A stretch of DNA of 63,961 nucleotides, filler included. It is 5 parts of 5 records of this genome, joined end to end, with 100 filler letters (N's around TTAATTAATTAA, not from the genome) between each part and the next. Parts side by side here need not be neighbours in the genome. Positions count along the whole stretch, not along the records: positions 40,189 to 48,186 come from SRR2962707_1022; positions 48,287 to 58,791 come from SRR2962707_1025; 3 more parts are not named here. The stretch is one strand, 5' to 3'. Shown one piece after another: positions 42,145-53,500 of the stretch. The notes under the pieces were generated by a model. That model was not told the origin of the DNA, made no database searches, and saw only the letters and a program-made list of their open reading frames with translations. A program made the position numbers and the translations under genes. Position 1 is the first letter of the stretch. Each line of letters opens with the position of its first letter.

Positions 42145-43062
42145 ATGATCCGCACACTTGCCACCACTGCCCTGCTGCTCGCCGGCACCGGCATCGCCAC
42201 CGCCAACGACCTTGAAACCGCGATCGATCAGTTCCTTGCCCCGCCTGGCTATGAGCGGGTTGATATCGAGGCATTAGAACAGTCCTTGCAGGACTATTGG
42301 CTCGACACCACCACCATCAGCCCCGGCGGCACGGTCGGGCCCATCGAGAAGGCCCTGCTGATTGCCACTGGCGCAATCCCGTCCGAGCGGACCCGGACCG
42401 CCCTTGCCTATGGCGAATTACACGACGAACAGCACGGCAGGCTCAGCTTCATCGAGCTTCGCCACTACAATATGGGGCCGGCGATCCGCGACATGGCGAT
42501 TGAAGCCTATGGCGCGGAAAACACGGCAGACGCTTCGGAATTTGGCGAGGGCGAGCATCTCGGCTGGCGCTTTGTCTTCATGCCGCTCATGGGCAATACT
42601 GCCGTTCTGGTCGATGCCGCCCGAACCGTCATCGACCCCGATATTGCCTACGATCAGGACTGTACGGGCCGGCCCTGCATGGACCTCGATTATCCCTTCG
42701 ACTCCATCGCCGACTGGGAAGAAACCGACACATCTGCCCCGCATTGGCCGCGCCAATATCCCGAAAGCGATGGGCTGATCGCCACGCCCGCCCATGCCGC
42801 CGCCGAACTGGCGGTCATCGGCTGGTCGGCCAATGTGGAATCAGGCGCCTATCAATGGACCGGCGGAGAACGCCCGGAATCGGCTGACTATTTCCACCCC
42901 TGGCGCTTCATCGGCATCGACCGCAATCTGGGGCAGGAGGCCGCGATTGACGCGGTCTGGCAGGAAACCCAGCTCATGGACGATTCCCTGTCGGCCATGG
43001 CCTTCCGTCGGCTTGAGCTGCCGGGCGCGACCTATTGGTTCGGCGCCGCCACACCGCGCTAA
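42145..43062 (+). CDS. Hypothetical secreted acidic protein
   Basis: GAGGGGG RBS, signal peptide (MIRTLATTALLLAGTGIATA), GC-biased codon use. No family recognised. Confidence 0.8.
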   Translation: MIRTLATTALLLAGTGIATANDLETAIDQFLAPPGYERVDIEALEQSLQDYWLDTTTISPGGTVGPIEKALLIATGAIPSERTRTALAYGELHDEQHGRLSFIELRHYNMGPAIRDMAIEAYGAENTADASEFGEGEHLGWRFVFMPLMGNTAVLVDAARTVIDPDIAYDQDCTGRPCMDLDYPFDSIADWEETDTSAPHWPRQYPESDGLIATPAHAAAELAVIGWSANVESGAYQWTGGERPESADYFHPWRFIGIDRNLGQEAAIDAVWQETQLMDDSLSAMAFRRLELPGATYWFGAATPR

Positions 43063-43072
43063 ACGGGGCCTT

Positions 43073-44092
43073 TTAGCCTGCGAAATACCGGTCCACCAAT
43101 GCCAGCGCCTGGGTGACGTCCTCATCAGCAACGTCAAGATGCGTCACCCAGCGCTGTTGGCCATAGCGGCCCGTAACGCCGACGCCATGCTCACCCAGAT
43201 AGGCGGTGAAGCGCTCGCCCAGATCGGCCGCCATATCGACCCACAGGATATTGGTGTCGGGCATGGTGACCCGCAGCGCCTCATGCCGCGCCAGCCCCTC
43301 GGCCAGCGCTGTGGCCCGCCGGTGATCCTCGGCCAGCCGGTCCACATTGTGTTCCATCGCATAGAGCCCCGCTGCAGCCAGAATGCCCGACTGCCGCAGC
43401 CCGCCGCCCAGCATCTTGCGATGGCGTCGCGCAATCTCGATCAGATCCTGCCGCCCGACCAGCACCGACCCGACCGGCGCGCCCAATCCTTTCGACAGGC
43501 AGATCGAAACCGTGTCGAACGGCGCGACAAAGTCCCCGATATCCATACCCAGCGCCACGCACGCATTGAACGCCCGCGCGCCATCCAGATGCAGGCCCAG
43601 CTCGTGCCGTGCCGCGATGTCGGCCACGGCCGTCATATAGTCGACCGGTAGCACCCGACCGCCAAAAGTGTTTTCCAGCGCAATCACCCGTGTCGTGGCA
43701 AAATGGCTGTCACCGCTCTTGATGGCGGCCTCGATCTCGCCCAGCGCCATGGTGCCATCGGCCTGATGCGCAATCGGCTGCGGCTGGACCGAGCCCAGAA
43801 CGGCAGCCCCGCCCGCCTCATATTTGTAGCAATGCGCGTCCTGCCCAGCGATGAATTCATCGCCCCGGCCGCAATGGCTCATCAGCGCCAACAGGTTCGA
43901 CATCGTTCCCGAGGGCACAAACAGCGCCGCATCCTTGCCCAGCATCCCGGCCATGCGCTGTTCGAGCAGATTGACGGTCGGGTCGTCGCCGAACACATCA
44001 TCGCCCACCTCGGCGGCTGCCATGGCCGCGCGCATTCCGGCGCTGGGCTTGGTGACCGTGTCGGATCGGAAATCGTGACGAATGGCATTCAT
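43073..44092 (-). CDS. ltaE: Low-specificity L-threonine aldolase
   Basis: DFRSDTVT, VGDDVFGDDP, SGTMSN, HLDGAR and CLSKGLGAPVGS (PLP Lys). AAGGAG RBS before ATG 44092. Confidence 0.95.
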   Translation of the reverse strand: MNAIRHDFRSDTVTKPSAGMRAAMAAAEVGDDVFGDDPTVNLLEQRMAGMLGKDAALFVPSGTMSNLLALMSHCGRGDEFIAGQDAHCYKYEAGGAAVLGSVQPQPIAHQADGTMALGEIEAAIKSGDSHFATTRVIALENTFGGRVLPVDYMTAVADIAARHELGLHLDGARAFNACVALGMDIGDFVAPFDTVSICLSKGLGAPVGSVLVGRQDLIEIARRHRKMLGGGLRQSGILAAAGLYAMEHNVDRLAEDHRRATALAEGLARHEALRVTMPDTNILWVDMAADLGERFTAYLGEHGVGVTGRYGQQRWVTHLDVADEDVTQALALVDRYFAG

Positions 44093-44141
44093 GGCAGGCT
44101 CCTTGTCGGAGTGCCCTTCTGCCAAGCGCGGGGACAAAAAG

Positions 44142-45119
44142 CTAGGCCGCGACGTCGCCGCCCTCGACTTCATCATTGGCCGCCGTCAGATCCACGGCAG
44201 GCTTGCGTGCCACCACCAGAATGCCGGTAATCGGCGCCCCGCGATCAAAGCGTAGCACCGCGGTTTCGAAGCGCAGCACCTCAAGACCGGCGACGACCAG
44301 CGCATCGTGGGTCGCCTGCACGCCATGCGCATAGCGCAGGCTGGGCCGCAGAAACAGGGCATCTTCGCCCTCATGCGCCTCCAGCGAAAACGCCACCAGC
44401 CCGCCCGGGCGCATGGCCGGCATCAGCGCCGAAAGCACCGGCTGCAAGGCCCCGCAATAGATCAGCACATCTGCCGCCGTCACCAGGTCCACATCGGCCC
44501 GGCGCGCATTGAGCGTCGCCACCAGTTCGGCCTTGGCCAGGCTGTCATAAATCCCCTTGCGCGTGGTTTCGGCAATCATTGCCGCGGAAATATCGACGCC
44601 TTCGAGATGCCCCACTTTGGCCCGCAGCCGCTCGCCCATCAGGCCGGTGCCACAGCCCAGATCCAGCGCCCGCTCGAAGCCGGAAAGCCCCAGCCGCGCC
44701 ATTTCCTCGGCCACCAGCGCATCGAGCAGGTCCGGCACGCGATAACCCAGTCTGCCCACCAGCGATTCTTCGAACTGGGGTGCATATTGGTCAAACAGCG
44801 CCTCGACATAGCCGACCGCCGTGCCCTCGCCGGCCGGGCCCGCGTCATGCGCGGCCAGCTTGAGCCGCGCGCCGAACACACCGGCATCGTCCAGCGCCTC
44901 CAGCCGGCGCCAGGCCGCTATGGCCTTTGCGACATTGCCCGCCTTCTCGTGAAAGCTGCCTGCCAGATCCCAGCCCGCGGCCCAGTCCGGCACCATTTCC
45001 AGCGCCTGCTCCACCAGTTCAGCCGCCGCCGCGCAGTCACCCTGCTCGTCCAGCATGCGGGCATAATCCGCGCGCCGGTCGGCGATAACATCGCCGGAAG
45101 AAAAGAACGCCTTGGTCAA
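44142..45119 (-). CDS. TPR-like + class I SAM-dependent methyltransferase (COG4976-like)
   Basis: SSGDVIADRRADYA, YVEALFDQYA, LDLGCGTGL, AADVLIY motifs; TTG start inferred. Confidence 0.88.
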   Translation of the reverse strand: MTKAFFSSGDVIADRRADYARMLDEQGDCAAAAELVEQALEMVPDWAAGWDLAGSFHEKAGNVAKAIAAWRRLEALDDAGVFGARLKLAAHDAGPAGEGTAVGYVEALFDQYAPQFEESLVGRLGYRVPDLLDALVAEEMARLGLSGFERALDLGCGTGLMGERLRAKVGHLEGVDISAAMIAETTRKGIYDSLAKAELVATLNARRADVDLVTAADVLIYCGALQPVLSALMPAMRPGGLVAFSLEAHEGEDALFLRPSLRYAHGVQATHDALVVAGLEVLRFETAVLRFDRGAPITGILVVARKPAVDLTAANDEVEGGDVAA

Positions 45120-45633
45120 GACGAATTGCTTTCGAGAAAACCGGCCCCATTTGGCGCGGCGCGCGGGATTTGCCGCAAAGCGCGGCCAAAGGCAAGCGAT
45201 TTGACACCGGATGCGTGCCTCCCCCAGCATGCTGTGACCAAATGTTCACTTTCCAATCGCCACGACTCGACTAGAATGAGTGCCATCCAATGGCGATCGA
45301 CCCAAGTCGCCTTTGCCAATTGGTGGCAGCGCCGCGTGCGCCAGCCTGTCCGGTGATCATCCAGATGCCGGATATCTTTGAGACCAAGCCATTGATTCCC
45401 TGACAGAACTTGCCGTTCTGCCGGGCGTTTTCGCTTGGCCACACGGCATATTGATGCCTCCCGAATTTCAGGCTAGGCTTCGCGCCATCGAATATTGCGG
45501 CCGACTGATCTGAAGACGCGAATTCCATTCGCAATTGCTGACGTCATCTTCCGATATTTCGATATCAACTAGGTTCTGGCCGGGTGCACGGCCGGGACCG
45601 CACCAGCAGCGAATGCACGAGGGAACGCGCAAC

Positions 45634-45843
45634 ATGGCAACTGGCACCGTTAAATGGTTCAACGGCCAAAAAGGTTATGGCTTCATTCAGCCCGATGAAG
45701 GCGGGGCGGACGTGTTTGTCCATATTTCCGCCGTCCAGCGCTCGGGCCTGAATGGCCTGGATGAAGGCCAGAAGGTGAGCTACGAGATCGTCAAGGACAA
45801 GCGGACCGGCAAATCCGCCGCCGACAATCTGACGCCCTCCTGA
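45634..45843 (+). CDS. cspA: Cold-shock protein (CspA family)
   Basis: [16 protein letters not shown] (RNP1), DVFVHIS (RNP2); 69 aa. Confidence 0.97.
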   Translation: MATGTVKWFNGQKGYGFIQPDEGGADVFVHISAVQRSGLNGLDEGQKVSYEIVKDKRTGKSAADNLTPS

Positions 45844-45866
45844 TCCTCGTATCAGGGACGGAATTG

Positions 45867-45900
45867 GGGCGCGTCCGAAACCGGGCGCGCCCTTCTTTTT
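45867..45900 (+). terminator. Rho-independent terminator of csp gene
   Basis: GGGCGCGTCCG-aaac-CGGGCGCGCCC-TTCTTTTT. Confidence 0.85.
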
Positions 45901-45902
45901 GT

Positions 45903-47036
45903 CTACGACCCTTCCGGCGCCACCCGGATCAACCGCCCATTGCCCGCATCGGTAATCAAATAGAGCGCGCCATCCGGCCCGGCTGTCACATCCCGAATGC
46001 GCCCCAGCACACCCTCGAACAGCCGCTCCTCGCCCACCACGGCATCGCCATCCATGTCGAGCCGCACCAGTACGGTCCCGCTCAATCCACCCAGCACCAG
46101 ATCGCCCTCCCATTCCGGGAACAGCACACCCTCATAGAAATCCAGCCCCGATGGCGAAATCGAAGGGTCCCAGTAATTCAATGGCTGCTCCAGGCCCGGC
46201 TGCGTCTCGCCCACGCCGATCGGGCTGCCGTCATAATTGGTGCCATAGGCGATTTCCGGCCAGCCATAATTCTTGCCGGCTTCGACCAGATTGACCTCGT
46301 CACCCCCGCGCGCGCCATGCTCGACCGCGAAAAGCGCCCCATCGCTCTCGCGCAGCGTCGCGCCCTGCGGATTGCGGTGACCGATGCTCCAGAATTCCGG
46401 CGCCCAGCCATCAATTTGCGGGTTATCCTCTGGCACCGACCCGTCCGGGGCGATCCGCACAACGCCGCCTGCCAGATCTGCCGGGTCCTGCGCGCGGTTT
46501 TCACTACCCCGCTCGCCCAGCGTCACAAACAAGTTCCCGTCATTGCCGACAACGATGCGCGAACCGAAATGCCGCGTCGAGCCGTCAAAATTATTCATCC
46601 GGAAAATCACGTTCTGGTCGACCAGACGGCCGCTATTGCCTTCCAGCTCCAGTCGCGCCGACATCACCGCCGTGCCGGTGCCGCCCTCGCCCGGCTCGGC
46701 ATAGCTGAGAAAAAGCTGTCCGGTTTCGGCGAAATCAGGGGCCAGCGTCACGTCGAGCAACCCGCCCTGCCCGCGCGCCACCACCTCGGGCACACCCGCA
46801 ATGGGGTCACCAGCCAACCCATCGGCAATCACCCGCAACCGCCCCGGCCGCTCGGTCACCAGAAAGCGCCCATCGGGCAGCACGGACAGCGCCCAGGGAT
46901 GTTCGAGCCCGTCGGCAATCGTCGTGGCCGTCAGCGTCCCGGCGCTGCTCTGGCTGGTTTCCTGCGCCATCACCGGCACTCCGGCGACCACGCTGGCCAG
47001 CAACACGCCCGAGAGAAGTCTGATCCGGTCCCGCAT
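45903..47036 (-). CDS. PQQ-dependent soluble sugar dehydrogenase (YliI/Asd type)
   Basis: Signal peptide; GLEHPW, GQGGLLDV, HFGSR, GHRNPQG, EHGARGGDE, NYGWP, RIRDV motifs. Confidence 0.92.
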   Translation of the reverse strand: MRDRIRLLSGVLLASVVAGVPVMAQETSQSSAGTLTATTIADGLEHPWALSVLPDGRFLVTERPGRLRVIADGLAGDPIAGVPEVVARGQGGLLDVTLAPDFAETGQLFLSYAEPGEGGTGTAVMSARLELEGNSGRLVDQNVIFRMNNFDGSTRHFGSRIVVGNDGNLFVTLGERGSENRAQDPADLAGGVVRIAPDGSVPEDNPQIDGWAPEFWSIGHRNPQGATLRESDGALFAVEHGARGGDEVNLVEAGKNYGWPEIAYGTNYDGSPIGVGETQPGLEQPLNYWDPSISPSGLDFYEGVLFPEWEGDLVLGGLSGTVLVRLDMDGDAVVGEERLFEGVLGRIRDVTAGPDGALYLITDAGNGRLIRVAPEGS

Positions 47037-47403
47037 AAACGATCTCCTTGCATCAAAATTGGTCGGTCCGCGTCCGAAGGCATCACCGCCCCGGTCACGG
47101 CAAGCTGCCCCAGATGCGCCAAACCGGCTTTCTTTGGTCACAGCCCTTGCCAGCTTGTGCACACGCACTATGTGCTTGAAGCACACCGGCTTGACCGGAA
47201 CGCGGCGGTTGGGCAAGCTGGTGTGATCTCCCACTTAAACTTGTCGTGAAGCATTGGCCGAACGGAGTTTGGCAGGGGGAGACCATGCCGGGTGGCCAAA
47301 GCGCCCCGGGCAGGGCCAACATCAATTGATAGCCTGTCGCGGACCGGAAATCCGGCCACGCGGCGGCATTTGTTATGCCGAGCCGATTGGAGGCAGCACG
47401 ATT

Positions 47404-47877
47404 ATGGACAAGGTTCCGATGACGGTTCAGGGCCACAAGGCCCTTTCTGCTGAGTTCGAACACCGCACCAGCAATGAACGCCGTCGTATCATCGACGCCA
47501 TTGCTGAAGCCCGCGCCCACGGCGATCTGTCTGAAAACGCAGAATATTCTGCTGCCAAGGAGCAGCAGAGCCTCAATGAAGGCCGCATCAAGGAGCTCGA
47601 AACGCTTCTGGCGCTGGCCGACATCATCGATGTCACCAAGCTGAGCGGCGCCACCGTCAAATTCGGCGCGACCGTCACCTTCATTGACGAGGACACCGAG
47701 GAAGAAAAGACCTATCAGGTCGTGGGCGATCCCGAGGCCGATGCCTCGGCCGGACGCATCTCGATTTCCTCGCCCATCTCCCGCGCCATGATTGGCAAGG
47801 AAGAGGGCGATTCGTTCGAAGTCGCCGCCCCTGGCGGCTCCAAGAGCTACGAGATCGTCAAGATCCGCTACGTCTAG
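47404..47877 (+). CDS. greA: Transcription elongation factor GreA
   Basis: [13 protein letters not shown] and [14 protein letters not shown] motifs. Confidence 0.97.
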   Translation: MDKVPMTVQGHKALSAEFEHRTSNERRRIIDAIAEARAHGDLSENAEYSAAKEQQSLNEGRIKELETLLALADIIDVTKLSGATVKFGATVTFIDEDTEEEKTYQVVGDPEADASAGRISISSPISRAMIGKEEGDSFEVAAPGGSKSYEIVKIRYV

Positions 47878-47923
47878 CGCCTAAACTTTAGGCACCAGCC
47901 GAAATTCCTGTGTCTTTCCTGTC

Positions 47924-47954
47924 CACTCCCGCGAGCATCTCGCCCGCGGGAGTG
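47924..47954 (+). terminator. Stem-loop downstream of greA
   Basis: CACTCCCGCG...CGCGGGAGTG 10-bp perfect stem with a weak U tail. Confidence 0.55.
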
Positions 47955-47955
47955 A

Positions 47956-48186
<231 letters not shown>

Positions 48187-48286
48187 NNNNNNNNNNNNNN
48201 NNNNNNNNNNNNNNNNNNNNNNNNNNNNNNTTAATTAATTAANNNNNNNNNNNNNNNNNNNNNNNNNNNNNNNNNNNNNNNNNNNN
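48187..48286. other. Artificial contig linker
   Basis: 44 N + TTAATTAATTAA + 44 N. Confidence 0.99.
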
Positions 48287-48390
48287 ATTTTTTTATTGTT
48301 GTAGTCATCAACGAGGTGACCTGGGAAAAGTAAGTTGATCTCTTGCCTCACACGCGCAGCTGGAAAAAGGTGCAAAAAAAAAAAAAAAAA

Positions 48391-50421
48391 ATGAAGTTCG
48401 TGTCTTTGCATCCTGCGTCGCTGCTGGTTGGCGTGAGTATTGGGCTTGTGAGCGTGTCGTCGGTGGAAGGATTGCAATTTCTGCCTGAGCACGCACGCGG
48501 TGGTCGCGCCGCCTTGGAGCATCCGGAGTTGCTCCCGGTCGCCCAGTCTGCGTCTGCGTCCTCGTCTCAGGCTTTCGTCCTGAGCGTCCCTGTCGACCAC
48601 TTCAAGCACGATGCGCGCCACTTCGACGATCATTTTTTTGTGGACGATTCGTGCTGGAACGCTGAAAACGGGCCGATTTTTGTGGAGATGGGTGGCGAGG
48701 GCCCTGCGAACGGGGTGTCTTGTGGTGCCCTGCACAAGCGCTACGGAGCCCTGGCTGTTGCGGTGGAGCATCGGTTCTACGGCAAGTCAATTCCTTTCAA
48801 TGACCGCAACGTCTCAATGCTGCGGTACCTGACAGTGGAGCAGAATCTTGCGGACACTGCAGATATCATCGAGTACATTCGTCAGAACAGGTCGTTGTCA
48901 TCAGAGCGTCACAAGGTTGTGACGTTTGGTGGATCGTACAGTGGCGCGACGTCCGCGTGGTTCCGCATGGCGTATCCGCACGTCACACACGCATCCATAT
49001 CTTCGTCAGGTGTGGTGAATGCAATTGTCAACTTTACCGCCTTCGACGAGCAGGTTGCTGAAGCGATTGATCGTCCCAAACAAGGATGTGCTGCTGCCCT
49101 TGCCGAGCACGTTTCTGTGTTTGAGGAGTATGCTGCCCGCGGCGAGCTAGACAAGGTCAAGACACGTTTTGGGGCACACAATCTGGTCGGTACCCCTGAA
49201 GGAGATCAGGACTTCTGGTACATGGCTGCCGATGGCGCTGCCATGGCTGATCAGGCAAGTTGCTCGTGTTCATTGGACGTGCATGGCGTTGGGGATTTGG
49301 GTTCGCGCGGGGGAGGCGAGGCGTTAAATATTTGACGCTATTGGCTCACCGAGGGCTCGGACGCAGATTACTTGCGGTTCTTCTTCAATTTAGTTCCATA
49401 CGGTCGCTTGTGTTTCACTGACGCTTGGTGTTATGTGCTTTATTTTTATTCCGCAAGTATGGGAGCAAAGCTGCTCTCTGTGCGGCAATGCAGAATTCGT
49501 CGCTTCCAAGTGCTGGAGCAAATCCATGGGCTTACGTGTGTATTCTCGTACTGCTTTGACTTGCCGCAGCCTCAACAAAAAGTGCAATACTCATCTGTGT
49601 TGGTGCTGAAATGCATTCGGAAGGTTGAAAACTACGCAGATTTTGTGGCAGGCTTTTGGGGGGAAGACTTCGCAAGTGGTTGCTTCTATGATTCAGAGTT
49701 CGTTCGTACAGTTTAAGTGCTTTGTTGCGAAGAATCTGTTCAACGAGTTACTCAACCGGCGGTTGTTTGGTTGGCGTTGTTGCCTTCCTTTTTCTGCGAT
49801 GGCTACCGCCATCCTGGATCTGACAATACCTTGAACTACAATGTAGGTGCCTCAAAACTGCTGATGGCGGCAGCATGGCACGCTCTTGGCGGTGGCAGAA
49901 GTGTTCTCAACTTTTCTACCTGCAACCAAGTTTCACAGCTGATCCAATTCGATCTGGTGTGTTGGGCAATGAATTTTTCTGGTATTCGATTGCTTGAGTT
50001 TGGAGCGTCCTGCTTGCACTCGATAGACGATGAACGATTTCGCTTGCTCTTTGCGCATTGTGTTGTGGTTGGTTTTAAAGAACGTTTGACGCTGCTGGAT
50101 GAGTTTCGACAGTGCGAGTATGTGTTTGGACGCGGGACACTGGAATACGGCCTTCGTGAAAATCAACGGTTCCAAGAGAAATTTGGTGGAGCGAGTCCGG
50201 GATCTGGTAATTTGTCAGCAAGTCGCATTTTCTTCACGGATTACAGCGACGATCCATGGAATCGTGCTTCTGTGCGCCGTGAAATTTCCGATGACCTCCC
50301 ATACTGCTTCCTGGAATGTAATGGGTGCGGTCACTGCGGTGCTGGGGTTCCCGCAAATCTGACCAAATGTTCTGACATGGAAACTAAGTATTTGGACCTT
50401 TGGCTGAACTTCACTGGTTGA
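48391..50421 (+). CDS. Serine carboxypeptidase family S28 (PRCP/TSSP-like), 5 exons, about 488 aa
   Basis: Exons 48391-49254, 49458-49535, 49624-49697, 49847-49956, 50081-50421 splice in frame. Signal peptide; VDHF, GGEG, EHRFYGKS, QNLAD, GGSYSG (Ser), RSWRWQKC, DDPW (Asp), GHC (His). Confidence 0.9.
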
Positions 50422-50576
50422 AAGCAGCCAGAGGTGACCAAATTTTGGAACAGCAACAAAAATGCACGGTTGCTGGGTGCCACAATCTGAGGGCTGTGCA
50501 ACTTGCATGTGTAAGATCTTGGTTAAAATTCCTTGTATTTTGTACTTTAGAACCTCCATGAGTGATGCATGCTGTG

Positions 50577-53500
50577 CTACATGGTGGCCAGAGCTGCGCG
50601 TCTTGCTGCGGCTTCTTTTGCTGCCTTGATGGCATCAAGGACTTTTTGAGCGGCAACTTTTTTCTCGTGCACCAGAGCTTGCCACATTTTCTGCACAATT
50701 TTCTTTTGGCCATCATCTGGAGGCCCCGATCGCAGCACTGCGAGGAATGACATGAGTGGAATGGGCAAGGGTGCGTCAATATGGTCCAGAAATGCATCCA
50801 GAAAGCGGGAGTGCATGGCTGCTGTCTCATCATCGATCCGCACGTGCTCCTCAGCGTCAGCACCAATTGTTCGAAGGAGATCTTTGACATCATACCAAGT
50901 TGCAGCGAAGCGTAGAGCTTCGTCTTGCTCCAAAGAGCCACTTCTGTTGACGTCAAACGACTCAAAAAAGGCTTGCTTCGGGTGCTTCGTACCACGCCCC
51001 TTCGTTTTGGCCATTAAGCGTCCGCCCTGGTCCGCACATACGAAGTACCCCGCATTTGTGTTCGTGAACAAATGCCCATCAATTAATCCGAGATAAAAGC
51101 AGAACACCGCAAATGACCAACAGAGTTGCACATTGTTCCGAACGGAACCCAACGCATCATTCAACACACCTGCACAATTTTGGGAAGCTGGGCTGTCGCC
51201 AAGTCATAATCGACTCCTGAAGGTAGTTGCCGAGCTCCTTTGACGTGGCAAGTGGCGGAATGTCCATTCGCTACGACGTCAGAGAGTTTTGACACGCTGT
51301 GACGATGCTTGTCGGGATCGCGGAAAAAGACCCCAAGCGAAGCCTGCGTTGCGCATTGCATGTGTAGACACTCACGCGATTGAGGACGCACGAAGAATGG
51401 CTGTTATAAAGTAAGTGCAGACTACGTTGCCATTGCATAGACCAACGTACCACACCCTGACGCGCACACCGAATAATTTCATGATACAAATGATTGGCGT
51501 CCTTCAATTTGTAGTAGGGGTCAAGCGTTAAATGGACCTCGCAAATTAAGCGGACTGGTCGATCAGCAACTTTGTCACTGAACAGAAACGTTAAAACCGA
51601 GATAGCGTCTTTGCGTAGGCCTTCGGGTAGGCAAACAACAAAGTCTTTCCATTGTTTTTCGCAGCGGATAGCCATCTGTCGGTAGCTGCATGCCACGCGC
51701 AATCGACCAACATGGACCCCAAAATTGACGTCAGCAATAACAAAGAACCTTTGAGGACAACGACCTGGAGGTTCAAGCAGAGCTGAGCAACAGACAATCA
51801 AAATATACCAACATTTCCCATCCGCACCTTTCATTGGCGTCATGCACGAAGTCAACCTTGATCGCCCGGTAGCCGCTGCTGCGAAGAACTCCGTCCTCAC
51901 GATCCACAAACTCAAGTCTTTCGTTGTCTGGATGCAGACTTGTGCTGAGTTCATCACTGTGACCTTTTTCGTCTTCCTCAACAATTTGCCTCCAATTATT
52001 TGAAGCATTTGTCGATACGGTTTGCGCCATATCGAGACCCCCACTGGTGTTGCGGCCTGCAGTAGTGTTAACGAAAGACAGGGCACTTGTCGGCCCAGGC
52101 GCGGTGGTCGGGTCAATCCCAACAAAGTCGTTTCGAACGGACACAAGCGAGCTCAGTTTTCTCTGCAAAGCCCGAAATCCTGCCTGTAGGCCTTCGACGC
52201 TTGAAAACACAGCAGTTCCACGAATCACGTCTAGGTTGTGAGCGGGCCGTGGTCGCTTTAAAGACTTGTGTCTTGTTTCCAGCAAATGGCGCATTCGTTG
52301 GTAGGTCTTGCAAGCGGCTGGATGATATCGAAATGCAAACATCTCTGTACCATTGAGTGGTGCAGGCTCCTGTACATCATTTGTACTCTGCGAGACCTCT
52401 CCCTCGAGCCTCCGGTCATTCACTTGATTTTGCTGTTCCATCTGCCTACGAGCTTTTTGCTTCTTTCTCATTGCTCCCGAGATACCACCAACGACGAGGG
52501 CGTTGTAGGATTGAATGAGCTCGTCATGTTTGCGAGCACTTGCAGCTGCTGCCTCATTCAACACTTGCTCCACGTGATCATGTACAGACGATGCCTTCAA
52601 CCGAAACAAGCAACATTTCGCGGCATCGCATGTCAACAACGATAGTGCACACAGACCACACAGTAAGACAGTTCGAGCAGCAGAAAGAAAGACACACGAG
52701 TCGTCATTGTAAAAAGGTAAATTCACCGCACATACCTGTGCCATGGATATAAGCACGAGCAAAAAAATGTAGCCATTCTCGCCGAACGAAAACCCAGATG
52801 TGTTGGGCAAGAGTGCCAAATCGGGCTCATCTTGGCGTGCGAGCAGGTGGTTTATTGGGGGTGCTGTGAGCAAGTCAAGCCGAATGCCTTTCCCACGGCG
52901 ACCACCGACTGATGTGGCTGGTCGCACAGATGGTGTGTACACATCTCGCGGTGTGTTGGAGGTCGAGCCACCACTCGTCTCCTTGTCACTGCGAGGAGTA
53001 TTTGTGCGTGGAGTGGGAGTGCCGCCGTGCATGGATGGAGTATTCGCCCGTCCGTTCAAGCCGGGCCGTCGAGCGCTCTTTCCAGGTCGTCGCTGTACGC
53101 TGGCGAGCAAAGGCCGGGCGCGTGCACCAGCACGTGCTAGTCCGATTGCAGTGCTACTGCAATGGCCCAAAGCACCAAGAACAATTCTAGACCACGAACC
53201 ATCGTCATCGTGCCCACCTTGCCCGAATCCAATTTGAGCGCCGTTGCCAGCAGCTCCCATGGACGTCCAACTGACTAACAATCCGTCGTGCGTGGTGGAC
53301 TTGTGAGCTTCACTGCTCCGGCGAGAAGGGCTACTGTCACCTGCATGACTCAAAACAACAGCCGACCCGCTTCCAGCATGTCTCTCTCCAAGAACAAGAT
53401 AGCTTCTGCATTGGCGGCTTGACAGCACCTTTGACACAATATACCGCACTGGAGGTAGCACTTCATCACTCGTATACCCCAATCGCAGCAGCGTATTGAC

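Noticed and set aside
42794-47249. Long overlapping ORFs (42794-43651, 44307-45356, 45864-47249; also 41109-42056)
   Set aside because: Antisense or alternate-frame shadows of well-supported genes in high-GC DNA, with no motifs.
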